The position numbers and the translations under genes are program-made. A stretch of DNA of 64,000 bases, from IMG/VR virus record IMGVR_UViG_3300037137_001027, positions 32,001-96,000 of that record. The stretch is one strand, 5' to 3'. Shown piece after piece: positions 1 to 10,720 of the stretch. The notes beneath the pieces were generated by a model, which was given only the letters and a program-made list of their open reading frames with translations, did not search any database and was not told where the DNA came from. This stretch comes from a virus. The stretch's first letter is position 1; each line of letters begins with the position of its first letter.

Positions 1-68
1 AGAATACGAGAAAGAAAAGGGGAAGCTGGACAAAGCTAAATTCCGTCTCAAGATTATGAAGGGATAAT

Positions 69-344
69 ATGGAAATCGAATACAACCTAGTAAATTACAA
101 AGGCAACGTGGAGAAGGAAACGTCACGCATAGGTGACTACCTTTATAATGCGATTCTCTATAAAGAAGAGAAGATTCGGCTTGAGGATCAACCGAAGGTC
201 GTTTGCGAAGCATTGGGGCGGTTGGTTGAACGTCTCTTAGACAAAAATGTATTGAATCTGGATGATTTCAAATACATTGCAGATTGTGGGTGGGACAGGG
301 AGAGCGATTCGCTCAAGCTAAAACCTGCTGAGAAGGAGGAATAA
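69..344 (+). CDS. hypothetical protein
   Basis: 91-aa ORF, co-oriented and tightly packed with neighbours. Confidence 0.7.
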   Translation: MEIEYNLVNYKGNVEKETSRIGDYLYNAILYKEEKIRLEDQPKVVCEALGRLVERLLDKNVLNLDDFKYIADCGWDRESDSLKLKPAEKEE

Positions 345-345
345 T

Positions 346-624
346 GTGGCTACTGTAGTTTGCCAATTGTGGGAAGAAAGCGAAGCGGGGTGGGGTTGTC
401 GGCCTGATGGCTGGACGGTACATAAAAGCGAAGCCGACCGCGTAGCTTTTTGTAAGGCGTATTGGGCGCGGCAACCTGCTGGTCCAGCACCAGATGAATA
501 CACACGCGAATGCGGCGACCCGTATTTGATGGACCTTGACGCATGTTCAAAGCTTTATGAGGCTTTGGAAAAGTCTAATAATGGGGTTTGGGGCGAAGGA
601 AATCGCCCGCCAACGTCTAAATAA
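346..624 (+). CDS. hypothetical phage protein
   Basis: GTG start preceded by AGGAGG RBS. Confidence 0.7.
   Translation: MATVVCQLWEESEAGWGCRPDGWTVHKSEADRVAFCKAYWARQPAGPAPDEYTRECGDPYLMDLDACSKLYEALEKSNNGVWGEGNRPPTSK
617..623 (+). promoter_or_regulatory. putative T4-like late promoter CTAAATA
   Basis: CTAAATA 5 nt before ATG 629; resembles T4 late TATAAATA. Confidence 0.45.
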
Positions 625-628
625 CGTT

Positions 629-1153
629 ATGGAGATGAATTTTAGGGAATATGCGGAAGCATATTGGGGCAAAGCATTAGGGGCTATTGGCGGCGGTATG
701 TTGGGTGGAGTGCCTGGCGCTATTGGTGGCGCTTGGCTAGGACACAAAGCCGATCAATGGTATGATAAAGCAATGAACCCCCAACAGTACAGCAAACCAG
801 ACCCTAAGTATTTCGTTTACTATAAGGATATAGGCGGGAATGTTAATAAGGAATTGTTGCCAAACGAGTATATTCCTATTGACAGAAAGTGGGAGAAATT
901 AAACGCAGACCCATCACATCCTTATTATTACTATGGCGATGAGAAACAGAATAAGATTGTTACGAGAGTAAAGGCGGGTTATCAGAGCTATCAACGACAA
1001 TCAAAGCAAGGTCAATACCCAAGGGGTTATTTCAACCCACGTTATCAGCAAGGCTACGGTCAGCAAGGCTACGGTCAGCAAGGCTACGGTCAGCAAGGTC
1101 AGCAAGGCTACGGCGTGTATGGTCAACGTGGTTACGGTCAAAGCTGGCGATAA
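629..1153 (+). CDS. glycine-zipper protein with GYGQQ low-complexity tail; possible internal virion protein
   Basis: GAIGGGMLGGVPGAIGGAWLG zipper; QQGYG repeats; MNFREY N-terminus; start moved to 629. Confidence 0.7.
   Translation: MEMNFREYAEAYWGKALGAIGGGMLGGVPGAIGGAWLGHKADQWYDKAMNPQQYSKPDPKYFVYYKDIGGNVNKELLPNEYIPIDRKWEKLNADPSHPYYYYGDEKQNKIVTRVKAGYQSYQRQSKQGQYPRGYFNPRYQQGYGQQGYGQQGYGQQGQQGYGVYGQRGYGQSWR
1046..1090 (+). repeat. 3 x 15-bp tandem repeat CAGCAAGGCTACGGT (encodes QQGYG)
   Basis: read directly. Confidence 0.95.
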
Positions 1154-1155
1154 TT

Positions 1156-1374
1156 ATGCAGTTTCCAACTTTACATTGTCATTGCGAGAAAGGCCATATT
1201 TGGGCGACATTGATCCCTGAATATTGGTTTGAGGTTAAGGACATTCAGTGTCCAGAATGCTATGGCGTCGTAGTTAAAATGAAGGCTGGAAACTGGAAAA
1301 CTCTGGAAGAAATTCAGCAAGCCTACGGGAATCGAGGTTGTACTAATCCTCCTGACGGTGAACAACAAAAATAG
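1156..1374 (+). CDS. small Cys/His zinc-ribbon-like protein
   Basis: CEKGH...CPEC. Confidence 0.6.
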   Translation: MQFPTLHCHCEKGHIWATLIPEYWFEVKDIQCPECYGVVVKMKAGNWKTLEEIQQAYGNRGCTNPPDGEQQK

Positions 1375-1389
1375 TCAGGGGGTATTCAA

Positions 1390-1548
1390 ATGTATCATTG
1401 TACAACTTGCGGAGCGCCAATTTCGGCAAATGCTCCAATTTGCTTCAACTGTGGTGAAACGGCAAGCGACGGCTGTAGTGGCTGTTTCGTTATCATCGGC
1501 TTCATTTTATTCCTCATGTTTGCTGGATGTTGTGGTGGGTTTCTCTAA
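1390..1548 (+). CDS. zinc-ribbon protein with C-terminal TM helix (52 aa, below ORF-track cutoff)
   Basis: MYHCTTCGAPISANAPICFNCG...FVIIGFILFLMF; follows motif at 1330. Confidence 0.65.
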   Translation: MYHCTTCGAPISANAPICFNCGETASDGCSGCFVIIGFILFLMFAGCCGGFL

Positions 1549-1641
1549 TGGAACACGTTGGAACAGCGAGAGTAGTTAAGGCGTTGGTCGAATGCGCTGA
1601 AAAGCTTAATGGAGCGTTAAGCGGCGCACAACTGGCCAAGT

Positions 1642-2160
1642 ATGAACCTTTGTTCACACTATTGGTGTAAAATGCCATTCTTCCTAAATGATAAGGAAGT
1701 TCAGCCTGACGATGAAGGCTGTTTTGAGGCGAATTGCAGTGTTTGTTTTTCTGACAAACAGTGTCATTCGATCACTTATCCTAAGATTCAGGAGATATGT
1801 GCCGCCTTCAAGATCACTCCGCATTCATTTGCAGTTTGTAAAGATTGCTTTAAGAACGTGGATAAGCGATCCTTACAGACTAATATAATGGATTATTTCG
1901 TCATGGACGAATTATATCGTTGGACAATGGGTGCAAAGGATGGTGTTGTAAGAAGCGATTTGGAATTTCGTACTTTGATACAGGTGGCTATGGATCAAGG
2001 TATTCTTTATCGTGAAGAGAAGCGAACCCGCCATCGCTATACAAAAAATGAACGTATAACCCACACAGGGCTTATTAGTATGCTTAGAAGGGAAAATACA
2101 GGTGATTTTACTCCTAGCTCGCTTTACCAAAGTTTGTTTAAGAAGTTGTATGATGGATAA
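1642..2160 (+). CDS. hypothetical Cys-rich protein
   Basis: 172-aa ORF, CxxC pairs. Confidence 0.65.
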   Translation: MNLCSHYWCKMPFFLNDKEVQPDDEGCFEANCSVCFSDKQCHSITYPKIQEICAAFKITPHSFAVCKDCFKNVDKRSLQTNIMDYFVMDELYRWTMGAKDGVVRSDLEFRTLIQVAMDQGILYREEKRTRHRYTKNERITHTGLISMLRRENTGDFTPSSLYQSLFKKLYDG

Positions 2161-2172
2161 ATAGAGAATATT

Positions 2173-3510
2173 ATGAAAGATTCTAGGTCACAAAAATCCT
2201 GTAAAATGAAGAAGAAAGAGCTTCGCGCTAAACGCGCTGCGATCATCGAACGGGCCGAGAAAGATAAGACCCCACCTAAAATCTTCATTTTGTCTCAAAA
2301 AGTCCGCAATATGCCAGTAGCCATTGAAGCGGCTTTTAACGGGGAAAATTTCCCTTATAGTGAACGTAAGATTCAGAACGTTATTCAGGCAAAAAACAAA
2401 CATCCCGACCCAGCTTTCTTAAAGCGAATCTTCCTTCATTTCGCTAATTTGAAAATCGAATTTGCTGACAAGAAACCAACCTACGCTGCAACAGGTTCCG
2501 CCCCTATTGATATACTTACGAATCTGGCTCACTATCAGGGTGATGTAATTCGTGAAGTAGAAACGTGGAAACCCAGCAGTCATAATCTTCAAAAACAGGT
2601 TTATTCTTTCGCACGGCATTTGTTTGCAAAATACTACATTCCAGCTTTCATGGACTCCGCTTGGACGGGTGGCCCTGGCAGCTTGTATATGAATTGGTTC
2701 GTTCAGATTGGGCAAGGGCATAACATTCGCACAATGAATGGACTGCCTATTCCCTTGACAAAGAAAGAAGCCCATCTGACAATGGAAGCGCCGAAGGATT
2801 TCACCATCCCGCAAGCAATCCGTTATGGGCAGGTTTTGAATCTCGGTGGAGACGAGCGGTTAGTTCGCCAGCTTCTTCGTACCCGAATTGGAGTGAATTT
2901 CGAGAATAATGAATTTTGGGTGAGCGTGTTTCGTTGGCTGCTCTTACACCCCATGCTTGACGTTGCCCATTATGCTCCTGTTGTCGATTACATTTTCAAT
3001 CAGAAATTCGTTCCGTATCGCATGGATGAGAAAGGATATATGGTTTGCGCTCAACCTAATTTAAGCATGAAAGGCCGCGACCCCGAAAGCCTGCTGCGTC
3101 AAGTTGAAGCGTGGCATAAGCAATTAGGGAAGGAAAAGAAGGGCAGCTTTTCTCAGTGGGCATCTTCGGGCATTAAGGGCTTTTATAGCAAGAATGACCG
3201 CGAAAATGTTATTCGTATGATTCAGGAGATTTGCACGCAAAAAGAATTGATTAACGAAGGTCGGGTAATGAAGCATTGTGCGGGTTCCTACGCTGGTTCC
3301 TGCGCTCAAGGGCGTATCTCCATTTGGAAGTTTGAAGAAATGTCGGCGGAAGGGATAGAGAAGAGATTGACAATCGAAGTCAGCAACCGCGATAAATCTA
3401 TTACTCAGGCTCGCGGTAAGTATAATGCTATTGCAAATGCCAGCGATAAATACTGGCTTAACCAGTGGGCAAGAGAAGCGGGATTAGGTGTTTCTCGCTA
3501 TATGATATAA
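2173..3510 (+). CDS. PcfJ-like domain protein
   Basis: C-terminal ELINEGRVMKHCAGSY...RLTIEV...QARGKYN typical of PcfJ-like domain. Confidence 0.8.
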   Translation: MKDSRSQKSCKMKKKELRAKRAAIIERAEKDKTPPKIFILSQKVRNMPVAIEAAFNGENFPYSERKIQNVIQAKNKHPDPAFLKRIFLHFANLKIEFADKKPTYAATGSAPIDILTNLAHYQGDVIREVETWKPSSHNLQKQVYSFARHLFAKYYIPAFMDSAWTGGPGSLYMNWFVQIGQGHNIRTMNGLPIPLTKKEAHLTMEAPKDFTIPQAIRYGQVLNLGGDERLVRQLLRTRIGVNFENNEFWVSVFRWLLLHPMLDVAHYAPVVDYIFNQKFVPYRMDEKGYMVCAQPNLSMKGRDPESLLRQVEAWHKQLGKEKKGSFSQWASSGIKGFYSKNDRENVIRMIQEICTQKELINEGRVMKHCAGSYAGSCAQGRISIWKFEEMSAEGIEKRLTIEVSNRDKSITQARGKYNAIANASDKYWLNQWAREAGLGVSRYMI

Positions 3511-3960
3511 TGGAAAAGATTAAACCTGGAATAGTAGTTAAAGACTACTATGGTAATGAAACCACAATATATCCCACGGGGATAGAGTGGCTTTTTGCAT
3601 TTGCTTTTAAGGGATGCGATTGGGCTATTAAGCAATTGGAGAGTTTAGAACCACATAGATATGATGCCGAAATCTGGAAGGGTGACGGCATTTGAAGGAG
3701 GATTAACATGGACGAAAACAGAACACTACAGGACGTACTGGCGGCTTTGGATGAATTCCTGATTTACCGTACTGATGGTAAATTGCAGGATTTGTTGAAG
3801 GTCCGTAACAAATTGCGTCAGGAACGACAGGAGAAGGAACATGCTGGACATGCTACTCCGCTTTCCAGTGGCTGGCCTTGCGTGTGGCCTTGGTACGGCG
3901 GTTATTAACCTCTAATTGAGGTTGTACTAATTGGGTTGTAGCTTGCACAAAGGATCGAAC

Positions 3961-4266
3961 TTAGCGTTTCCATGTAGGGTCGTTGTATTGACCATAGGTG
4001 CGTGGTGATGCTCTTAAACCATGTGGCGTTGTTTCTGGTGGTACGAAACTTTGATAATACCGTAATTTATTTTTAGGTTCACTTAACCACCTTTGAAAAG
4101 CATCAACAAGCGAAACTCCTCGCCCTTGTCTTATATCATCAATTTCCTGAATGGCCTTCGGGTCAAGAAGATCATACAGGTTTTTCAGCCTCTGAGGTAA
4201 ATCGCCATATTGAGGGTTCCATTTACCTTTAACATACTGTTTGAACCCTTCATTGAAAGCTTCCAT
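3961..4266 (-). CDS. hypothetical, probable late-expressed protein
   Basis: Minus-strand ORF with CTAAATA (4271-4277, - strand) 4 nt before ATG. Confidence 0.65.
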   Translation of the reverse strand: MEAFNEGFKQYVKGKWNPQYGDLPQRLKNLYDLLDPKAIQEIDDIRQGRGVSLVDAFQRWLSEPKNKLRYYQSFVPPETTPHGLRASPRTYGQYNDPTWKR

Positions 4267-4337
4267 AACCTATTTAGCCGATGGAGAATGATATTCTAAT
4301 GTATAAATACAACCAATAAAGAAGCCTAAATTATGTT

Positions 4338-4628
4338 ATGAAAAATGAATTAAAAAGTTTATTAATCGGTGACGATAAGCAGCAATTACTCAAAGAACTA
4401 ATAATGTCTCTTAAATCTATATGCCAGGAACTAGACCTGGATTTTGATTTAGCCTTAGATAAATCTGATCCGCCTGTTGAATTTGTCTCAAGTGATTGCG
4501 AACATGTAAAAGCGTTCCCCTGTGGCGGCGACTCGGTTTTTTGTCCAACTTGCAACAGTTTCATTGTGAAGGGTAAAATGGGGGGCATGGACGTTTCTGA
4601 TTACCTGAAAATAAACCACTGGCGGTGA
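4338..4628 (+). CDS. hypothetical with CxH/CxxC motif
   Basis: TATAAATA at 4302-4309 upstream. Confidence 0.6.
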   Translation: MKNELKSLLIGDDKQQLLKELIMSLKSICQELDLDFDLALDKSDPPVEFVSSDCEHVKAFPCGGDSVFCPTCNSFIVKGKMGGMDVSDYLKINHWR

Positions 4629-4689
4629 ATTGCGGTTGTACTAATCAAATCGGAGCTTTCCAAAGGCAAAATTCGTGGTAAAATAAACT

Positions 4690-5007
4690 ATGTTGCGCAC
4701 TGACGGAAAATATGAAATTTACATTCTGGAGTTTAGCGTCAAGGGTGAGAACAAGTGGCATACACTTAGCTTCGACGCTGCCTGGGTGTCTCCAGAATTG
4801 TATAAAACCAAAAAAGAAATTTGGAAGACGTTCAGTGCATGTGGTCAATGCTGGCAAGAAATAGGTATCCACGGCACTTATGACGTGGAAATTGCGATTA
4901 AGTTATATGTTTTGCTTACACAATATGGCTTGCAGAAAGAACGGTATATGTACCGCGTAACCAAGAAGACCATTTCGCAAGAAAGCGAAGTTTTATGGTG
5001 TGGATGA
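4690..5007 (+). CDS. hypothetical protein
   Basis: follows motif at 4628. Confidence 0.65.
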   Translation: MLRTDGKYEIYILEFSVKGENKWHTLSFDAAWVSPELYKTKKEIWKTFSACGQCWQEIGIHGTYDVEIAIKLYVLLTQYGLQKERYMYRVTKKTISQESEVLWCG

Positions 5008-5316
5008 AATGGACGAATTAGAAAAATTGAAAAAAGAGAACGAACAGCTAAAGCTGACCATCAAGCAACTGCGTCAGCAGTTAGAAGCTTATCAGCAGCA
5101 GTCGCGGCGTCAATTCCATGATGACTACGACCACGTTCCCTATCACGAACATGACCGTGACTAATTGAGGTTGTACTAAATCATGGTAGGAAGATCGGCG
5201 TGCAATGGATTTGTTGGAAGGACGCTGGCCCTAACCTAGACTAGCCTATGGTATGTCTGGATTCATTCCTTTTAAGAACATTTACGGGGTAGTAAAACAA
5301 CAAATGGAAAATTCAA

Positions 5317-5775
5317 ATGGGGCTAATGGGTCCAAAACACCCGACTGTTCGGGTTAGAGTCCGATATATGGACGCAAGGATTGATGTGATTCTTGCGCCA
5401 CTAATCAAAACACTCTGGCAATATGGCATTGTGACACTGAATTGTTGCCAGGAGAACCGTCCAGGCATTGCCTGGATTCAGTTTCAAACTCCGTGGGACG
5501 CAACCAACTTTCTCAACGTGGTAGCTGACCTTCCTACTAAGCAACAGCTTAAAACCTACCAATTTTGGGATACAACGTATGGTCGCATTACCCGCGAAGG
5601 ACAATTTGGCGAATGGGAATATAAATGTCACGTTCGCAACGAAAATGAAAACATTGGAAAAGCACTATTTAATTTCGCTATTTCTGTTCGCTTTCCAGTG
5701 ACCGATCTTCCTGCAATTATGAAAGCATTTGGGGACAAACAAAGAGTTTTGGAGAGAATTCGTAATGTATATTAA
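5317..5775 (+). CDS. hypothetical protein
   Basis: 152-aa ORF. Confidence 0.65.
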   Translation: MGLMGPKHPTVRVRVRYMDARIDVILAPLIKTLWQYGIVTLNCCQENRPGIAWIQFQTPWDATNFLNVVADLPTKQQLKTYQFWDTTYGRITREGQFGEWEYKCHVRNENENIGKALFNFAISVRFPVTDLPAIMKAFGDKQRVLERIRNVY

Positions 5776-6269
5776 TAGTTGGAATACCGTCCCCGATGGG
5801 GCGAGAGTAATTGAGGACACATACAACGAGGTATATGTAGTCTTTACCAAGGATGACAAGAAATGGCTACGGCAAGTCGGCTGGCAGGTTGGCGATAAGC
5901 CTGTGCCTGATTGTGAGCGACCATGCGATTTTGAGCCTGATTGCATTTACGATCAACCCTGGATACGCCTTGATTGAGGTTGTACTAAACCATGTATGAT
6001 CCAGAAGCAAGTTTTACCGCTAACACTGAATTTGACAAAATGGCAGCAAGAGTAGAACAATTTGCCCAAACTCTTAGAGCTACTACTGATGATTTACCAG
6101 CGGCAATACGGGTTGGTGATGGCTTGAAGCAAGCTGTTGAGTTACTTCGTCATCAATATGACGAATATCTCAATGAATTTGATCCTGATAAGAAAGCAAT
6201 GCTCCACAAGCGATGGCACGCGAAAGTTGATGAATTTCTTGCAATACTAAAAGGAATGGCTGAACAACT

Positions 6270-6626
6270 ATGATAAGCGGCAAACTAGACCATGAGTATG
6301 ATACCGAGGAAGGGGAGCTATTCGAGCTTGAAATCGAATACTCCTATGTCCCATATACCCCCGCCAAACTGACTGCTGATCCCTATTACAGTGAGCCAGC
6401 GGACGGCGGCGGCTGTGAAGAAATCATATTCAAAGTCGTAGGCTATCGTCAATATGATGAAAACAATGATGTTACTCAGGATTTGCCAAAGCTGACTCCT
6501 GAACAGAGTAAGAAACTAACGGACAAGTTTGATAAAATGGTAAGTGATAGTCAGCGATTGCAGAACTATTTCCAAGACCTTTGTAGCAGAGACGCTGAAC
6601 GATCAAGGGAGCCTGATTATGAGTAA
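6270..6626 (+). CDS. acidic hypothetical protein
   Basis: ATGA overlap with upstream 5992..6273. Confidence 0.65.
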   Translation: MISGKLDHEYDTEEGELFELEIEYSYVPYTPAKLTADPYYSEPADGGGCEEIIFKVVGYRQYDENNDVTQDLPKLTPEQSKKLTDKFDKMVSDSQRLQNYFQDLCSRDAERSREPDYE

Positions 6627-7020
6627 TATCCAATACTACTACGGTACGAAAAAGGTTCGCCAAGCAATCGGCACCATTTATCGTGGTGACTTTGAAGGCG
6701 ATTTTGGCGAAGTCCTTAATAGCTTTATGGCAGAGTATGCCAGTTATAAGAAGTATCTTGATGAACCGCATGAAGTAACGGAGCGAAGCGGTTATGGAAA
6801 GCATTTGTATCTTGACGGCACGGATAAGAAGACCGTCAAGTTCGATAGCCTGCATCTTGACTGGCAAGACACTTATGACGACGAAAAGGAATTGCGGGTT
6901 GTCGGTGAGCGGGCAATGGATGCTGGTGAACTAGCTGCCTATGAAGCAGAACTTGAAAAGTCCAAGGAACGTGAAATTGAGCAACTGCGCAAGCTAAAGG
7001 AAAAGTACCCGAATGTCTGA
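6619..7020 (+). CDS. hypothetical protein
   Basis: start overlaps upstream stop. Confidence 0.65.
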   Translation: MSNIQYYYGTKKVRQAIGTIYRGDFEGDFGEVLNSFMAEYASYKKYLDEPHEVTERSGYGKHLYLDGTDKKTVKFDSLHLDWQDTYDDEKELRVVGERAMDAGELAAYEAELEKSKEREIEQLRKLKEKYPNV

Positions 7021-7092
7021 GGCATTAAAGAGCGGTCAGACAGTACAAATTGAAGGGGAGTCGCCGTTAATTGCGGTTGTACTAATTCAGTC

Positions 7093-7314
7093 ATGAACAT
7101 CAATCAAAAACGAGAAGTCATCCTTGAAACTCTTTGGAGTGAATATGATTTTGGGGATGAAGTAGTCAAAGACGTTAATGGGTGGGAGCGCACTAGCGTT
7201 GACGACTACAACCGCGTGGTTTTCCTCGAAAAGGGCGACGAATCTTCGACGCGGGCCGTATTTCATGTCAAGTTTAAGAAAGGCACCGTAGAAGTCGAGA
7301 GTCATGGCTTTTGA
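7093..7314 (+). CDS. hypothetical protein, probably leaderless
   Basis: ATG 9 nt after TACT of motif 7069. Confidence 0.7.
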   Translation: MNINQKREVILETLWSEYDFGDEVVKDVNGWERTSVDDYNRVVFLEKGDESSTRAVFHVKFKKGTVEVESHGF

Positions 7315-7831
7315 CAAACTGAGAATTCATATGGAGGGCTATATGCTTGAAGGCAACAAGATTCAACTAGAAATGGTTGAAGAGTTTCAATGTCCTGGCT
7401 GTATCAATGGTCATGGTCCTGAAACTTGCAAGTCATATAAACTGAAAGAAGACTACCTGGGTGGCAACCCACGTTACTTTCAGTGTGAAAACTGGCGTCC
7501 ATCGACGTTCATGAGTGGCGTGGGGCGTCTTTGTCTTGGCTTGCCCAAAGGTTTTTTGCGCACGGGTAGCGTGGAATTTGGTGAAAAGACACCGAATTAC
7601 TTGCGGCTCTATGAGAATCCTGAAAATCGTCCCCAATACAACAGGTTTAATATCCCTGTTTGGGCAATGGAGAAAGACGGATACCTCTATGTCCGTTGTT
7701 TCTGCCCACGAAGTTGTTGGGTATTCGTGGATGTAATCAAGGATGGCAAGGTTGAAATGGCGTCCTTTAAGGATGGCGCATACGAGCATAAAGCTATCAA
7801 CGTGGGTGAGTTTTACGATGAAATCGACTAA
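7304..7831 (+). CDS. hypothetical Cys-containing protein
   Basis: 175-aa ORF. Confidence 0.7.
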   Translation: MAFDKLRIHMEGYMLEGNKIQLEMVEEFQCPGCINGHGPETCKSYKLKEDYLGGNPRYFQCENWRPSTFMSGVGRLCLGLPKGFLRTGSVEFGEKTPNYLRLYENPENRPQYNRFNIPVWAMEKDGYLYVRCFCPRSCWVFVDVIKDGKVEMASFKDGAYEHKAINVGEFYDEID

Positions 7832-7843
7832 CAAGGGGACAAA

Positions 7844-8257
7844 ATGATTAATTTCTTCATTCTCAACGGCGATCAAAAGCGAACCTGTACCGCTTCCGAC
7901 GTGAGTAAAGCGACTCAAATTTTGTCGCTTATGTTTCCTACCAGCAGGGGTTATATTGTCGAAGACAATAAGGTTGTCTTCGCCCATAATATGACCCCTG
8001 ATGAAGCTGAAACTGTCGCTGGCTTGAAGCCTATGCAATCCATTACGCTTCTGGCTCCAAAGGCCGCTCTGGTCAAGCCGAAGAAAACTAAGGCTAAGAA
8101 GCCTGTTGTCAAGGCCAAGAAGACTAAGCTCAAGAGCAAGGTCGTGGTCAAGAATAACAAGAAGCCCGTCGTCAAGAAGACGGTGGTTAAGTCCAAGGTC
8201 AAGCCGAAGATTAAGGCTAAGAAGTCTGTCAAGGCTAAGGCGAAAGGCAAACGCTAA
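7844..8257 (+). CDS. protein with histone H1-like Lys-rich tail
   Basis: KPKKTKAKKPVVKAKK...KAKAKGKR. Confidence 0.75.
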   Translation: MINFFILNGDQKRTCTASDVSKATQILSLMFPTSRGYIVEDNKVVFAHNMTPDEAETVAGLKPMQSITLLAPKAALVKPKKTKAKKPVVKAKKTKLKSKVVVKNNKKPVVKKTVVKSKVKPKIKAKKSVKAKAKGKR

Positions 8258-9242
8258 TGGCCATATCTTGGGAGAATCAAAATGAAAGCAATAGAAAAGA
8301 ACTTGCGAGAGATTCTGGATAAGATGGATGTTCCTGCCATGCGGAAGGAATTAACGGTTCCTAATCTCCGCTGGTTGCAGAGAAATCTGTTCATCCGTAA
8401 TAAGGATAAGGATGAATTTCCATCTGCTGTCCATTTTATCGCTACATTGCTGACGTTCCACGGTGAAGACCCACGGATTGGAGCAATTGATGCTCACTAG
8501 ATTGAGTCCAATGATTCCTGAAAACGGAGAAGGCATCAAACGGAATTCATTGCTTTGTATATCTGATTTCATTTTCTGGCTTAACAAGAATAAGCCCGAA
8601 GTGTTCAAAGAGGCTGTAAAAGCTGTTGACGATTGTAAAACAGCTTTTAATGACCTTGATAAGCACGTTGAACTTTGGAGAAAGTAATGAAAATTGTATC
8701 AAATTAATTCGTAGGGCTGTGGGCTGTTCCGTGCGATCATCCCCGTGATTACGCTGAAATTAGGAGCTAATATGCACCCGTTTCATCGAGACATGCTTAA
8801 CAAGATTCAGGAGAAGTGCCTGAATTACCCGACCAATCATCCTCTCAAGCGGAGTAGCAACGTCGCTTTCAGGGATTTGTTTGATCCTTATTGCGACGAA
8901 TACAAGGGTATTGATGACGATACTCGACTTGCCATTCTCCGCGAAATGTTCAAGGAAGGCATGATTACAAGCCTTCTGGTGTTTTATAAGTGTTTCATGG
9001 ACATATTTGCGGAGAAGCGGCCAGACATTGCAAACGCGGCACCTGATGCACTAGCACTACTGCTAGAACACGCAGTCGTAACTCCAATTGTACCCAAGAA
9101 GGTGTAAGATGACCCAAGAAGAAGCTGCTAAGGTTATCGCAATCCTAAAAACCGCCGATGGTGGTTGTAAGTTTTGTGCAGCAGAACTATTGAAGAAGTT
9201 TTTTAAGGATTTCCCTGAGTGGAAATCATTGGCTAAAAAGAA

Positions 9243-9617
9243 ATGAGCGATTTCAAAATTAACGGCGTACCGTGGGAAAATTGTATTAGGTCGCCATACG
9301 AAGATCGAAGTATGCCTAAAGGAATTATCCTCTGGCTTGATGACGTGCGTGAAATGCCTGCCCATTATACGCATTGGGCCAAGACTGCCCGCCAAGCCAT
9401 TGAACTTCTCCAAACAGGGGAAGTTAGCGAGTGTTCGCTGGACCATGACTTAGGCAATCAGATTGAAACTGGTTACGATGTTGCGAAATGGATTGAAGAA
9501 CATGCCCATGACGGGACACTCAAACCGATTCGTTGCAGGGTTCATAGTCAAAACCCTGTAGGCGCAAAGAACATTAAAATGGCACTGCAAAGTGCTTATA
9601 GGGCATGGGGAACATGA
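9243..9617 (+). CDS. cyclic-phosphate-processing receiver domain protein
   Basis: LWLDDVR...SLDHDLG...TGYDVAKWI...HSQNPVG motifs. Confidence 0.8.
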   Translation: MSDFKINGVPWENCIRSPYEDRSMPKGIILWLDDVREMPAHYTHWAKTARQAIELLQTGEVSECSLDHDLGNQIETGYDVAKWIEEHAHDGTLKPIRCRVHSQNPVGAKNIKMALQSAYRAWGT

Positions 9618-9922
9618 AATCATTGCCATTATATCCTGGTGCTAGACAATGTGTGCGAAGTGGGTTTTGTTGTAAAGTCGCACCTTGTCCGTTCGGTACT
9701 TGGGATGAATTAGCCCATCAATGTAAACATCTTGTAAAGGATAAAAATGGGCAATACGAATGCGGAATCTATGAACAAATCGTTAGTAACCCGCACAGTG
9801 GATGGCAGTTCGCTCCAGCGTTCGGTGCGGGCTGTTGCTCCCCCTTCAACTCCGACCGTCAACGAATTATCAAAGAAGCAATTGATCGTGCTAATGGCAT
9901 TGTTCCAAGCACTCCTGAATAA
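9614..9922 (+). CDS. Cys-cluster (YkgJ-like Zn/Fe-chelating) protein
   Basis: CxxSGFCC...C..C...CGIY. Confidence 0.6.
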   Translation: MKSLPLYPGARQCVRSGFCCKVAPCPFGTWDELAHQCKHLVKDKNGQYECGIYEQIVSNPHSGWQFAPAFGAGCCSPFNSDRQRIIKEAIDRANGIVPSTPE

Positions 9923-10299
9923 CACCATGAGTCCTGATGTACGAGAACTATCCATTGGCGCGACGTGCGGCGCATTGCGGGGCATAATGGACGAAAAAGA
10001 AGTGGAGCAAATTGCGCGGCGTCTTATGAATTTCCGTCAAGGCAACATTATGGACTCAATGTTCTAGGAGGTAGAATAATGCACTGCCGCGACGAAAAGT
10101 GTCTTATATTCGCCAATGCAATCCTTTCCATGATGAAAGGACTAACAGCAATGGAAGCCAAACCATTGCACGGCGAAGCCCAATTAAACTTTTGCGTGCT
10201 GCCAATTCTTAATGCAGTCCAAGCAAAATTGGAGCAATTTAGAGAAGGCGAAGACGTTAAAGTGGACGATTTTGATGACCTTTGGAAAGGTAATGTATA

Positions 10300-10698
10300 A
10301 TGGTCGCTCTGGCTGATAGATTGGCTATTCCTAACGGCCCGCGCTATGGCTGGCTCCAAACCAATGATACCTATTTGCTCTGCGAACTAAATAACATTTT
10401 TGGTAAGGAACTATTCATTCGCGGCGCAGTAGAGAGTAAGCAAAAAGGCTCAGAAAAAGCCAATGAGTATTTCGATAAGCATTTAGAAGTGGATTACTTC
10501 ATCTATTCCACTGACGCGCCAACGCAGTGCGACTTAGTTTATGTGGAAAAAAGTCGTATATTGTTTTATCGGCCTAGTAAAACTTGGTCGCGTGGTCGAA
10601 GCGGGCGGTCCCATTTTAGACCAGCTTCATGTAGGTTTGTTAGGCTGAAACGGCAAATTCTGACGATCTTTGATGAAGAGTTGTACATCAAAAAGTAA
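10300..10698 (+). CDS. hypothetical protein
   Basis: 132-aa ORF. Confidence 0.6.
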   Translation: MVALADRLAIPNGPRYGWLQTNDTYLLCELNNIFGKELFIRGAVESKQKGSEKANEYFDKHLEVDYFIYSTDAPTQCDLVYVEKSRILFYRPSKTWSRGRSGRSHFRPASCRFVRLKRQILTIFDEELYIKK

Positions 10699-10720
10699 TT
10701 GCGGTTGTACTAATCCAAGC

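Noticed and set aside
5181-5316. ncRNA after promoter motif 5163
   Set aside because: Only weak hairpins; not enough support.
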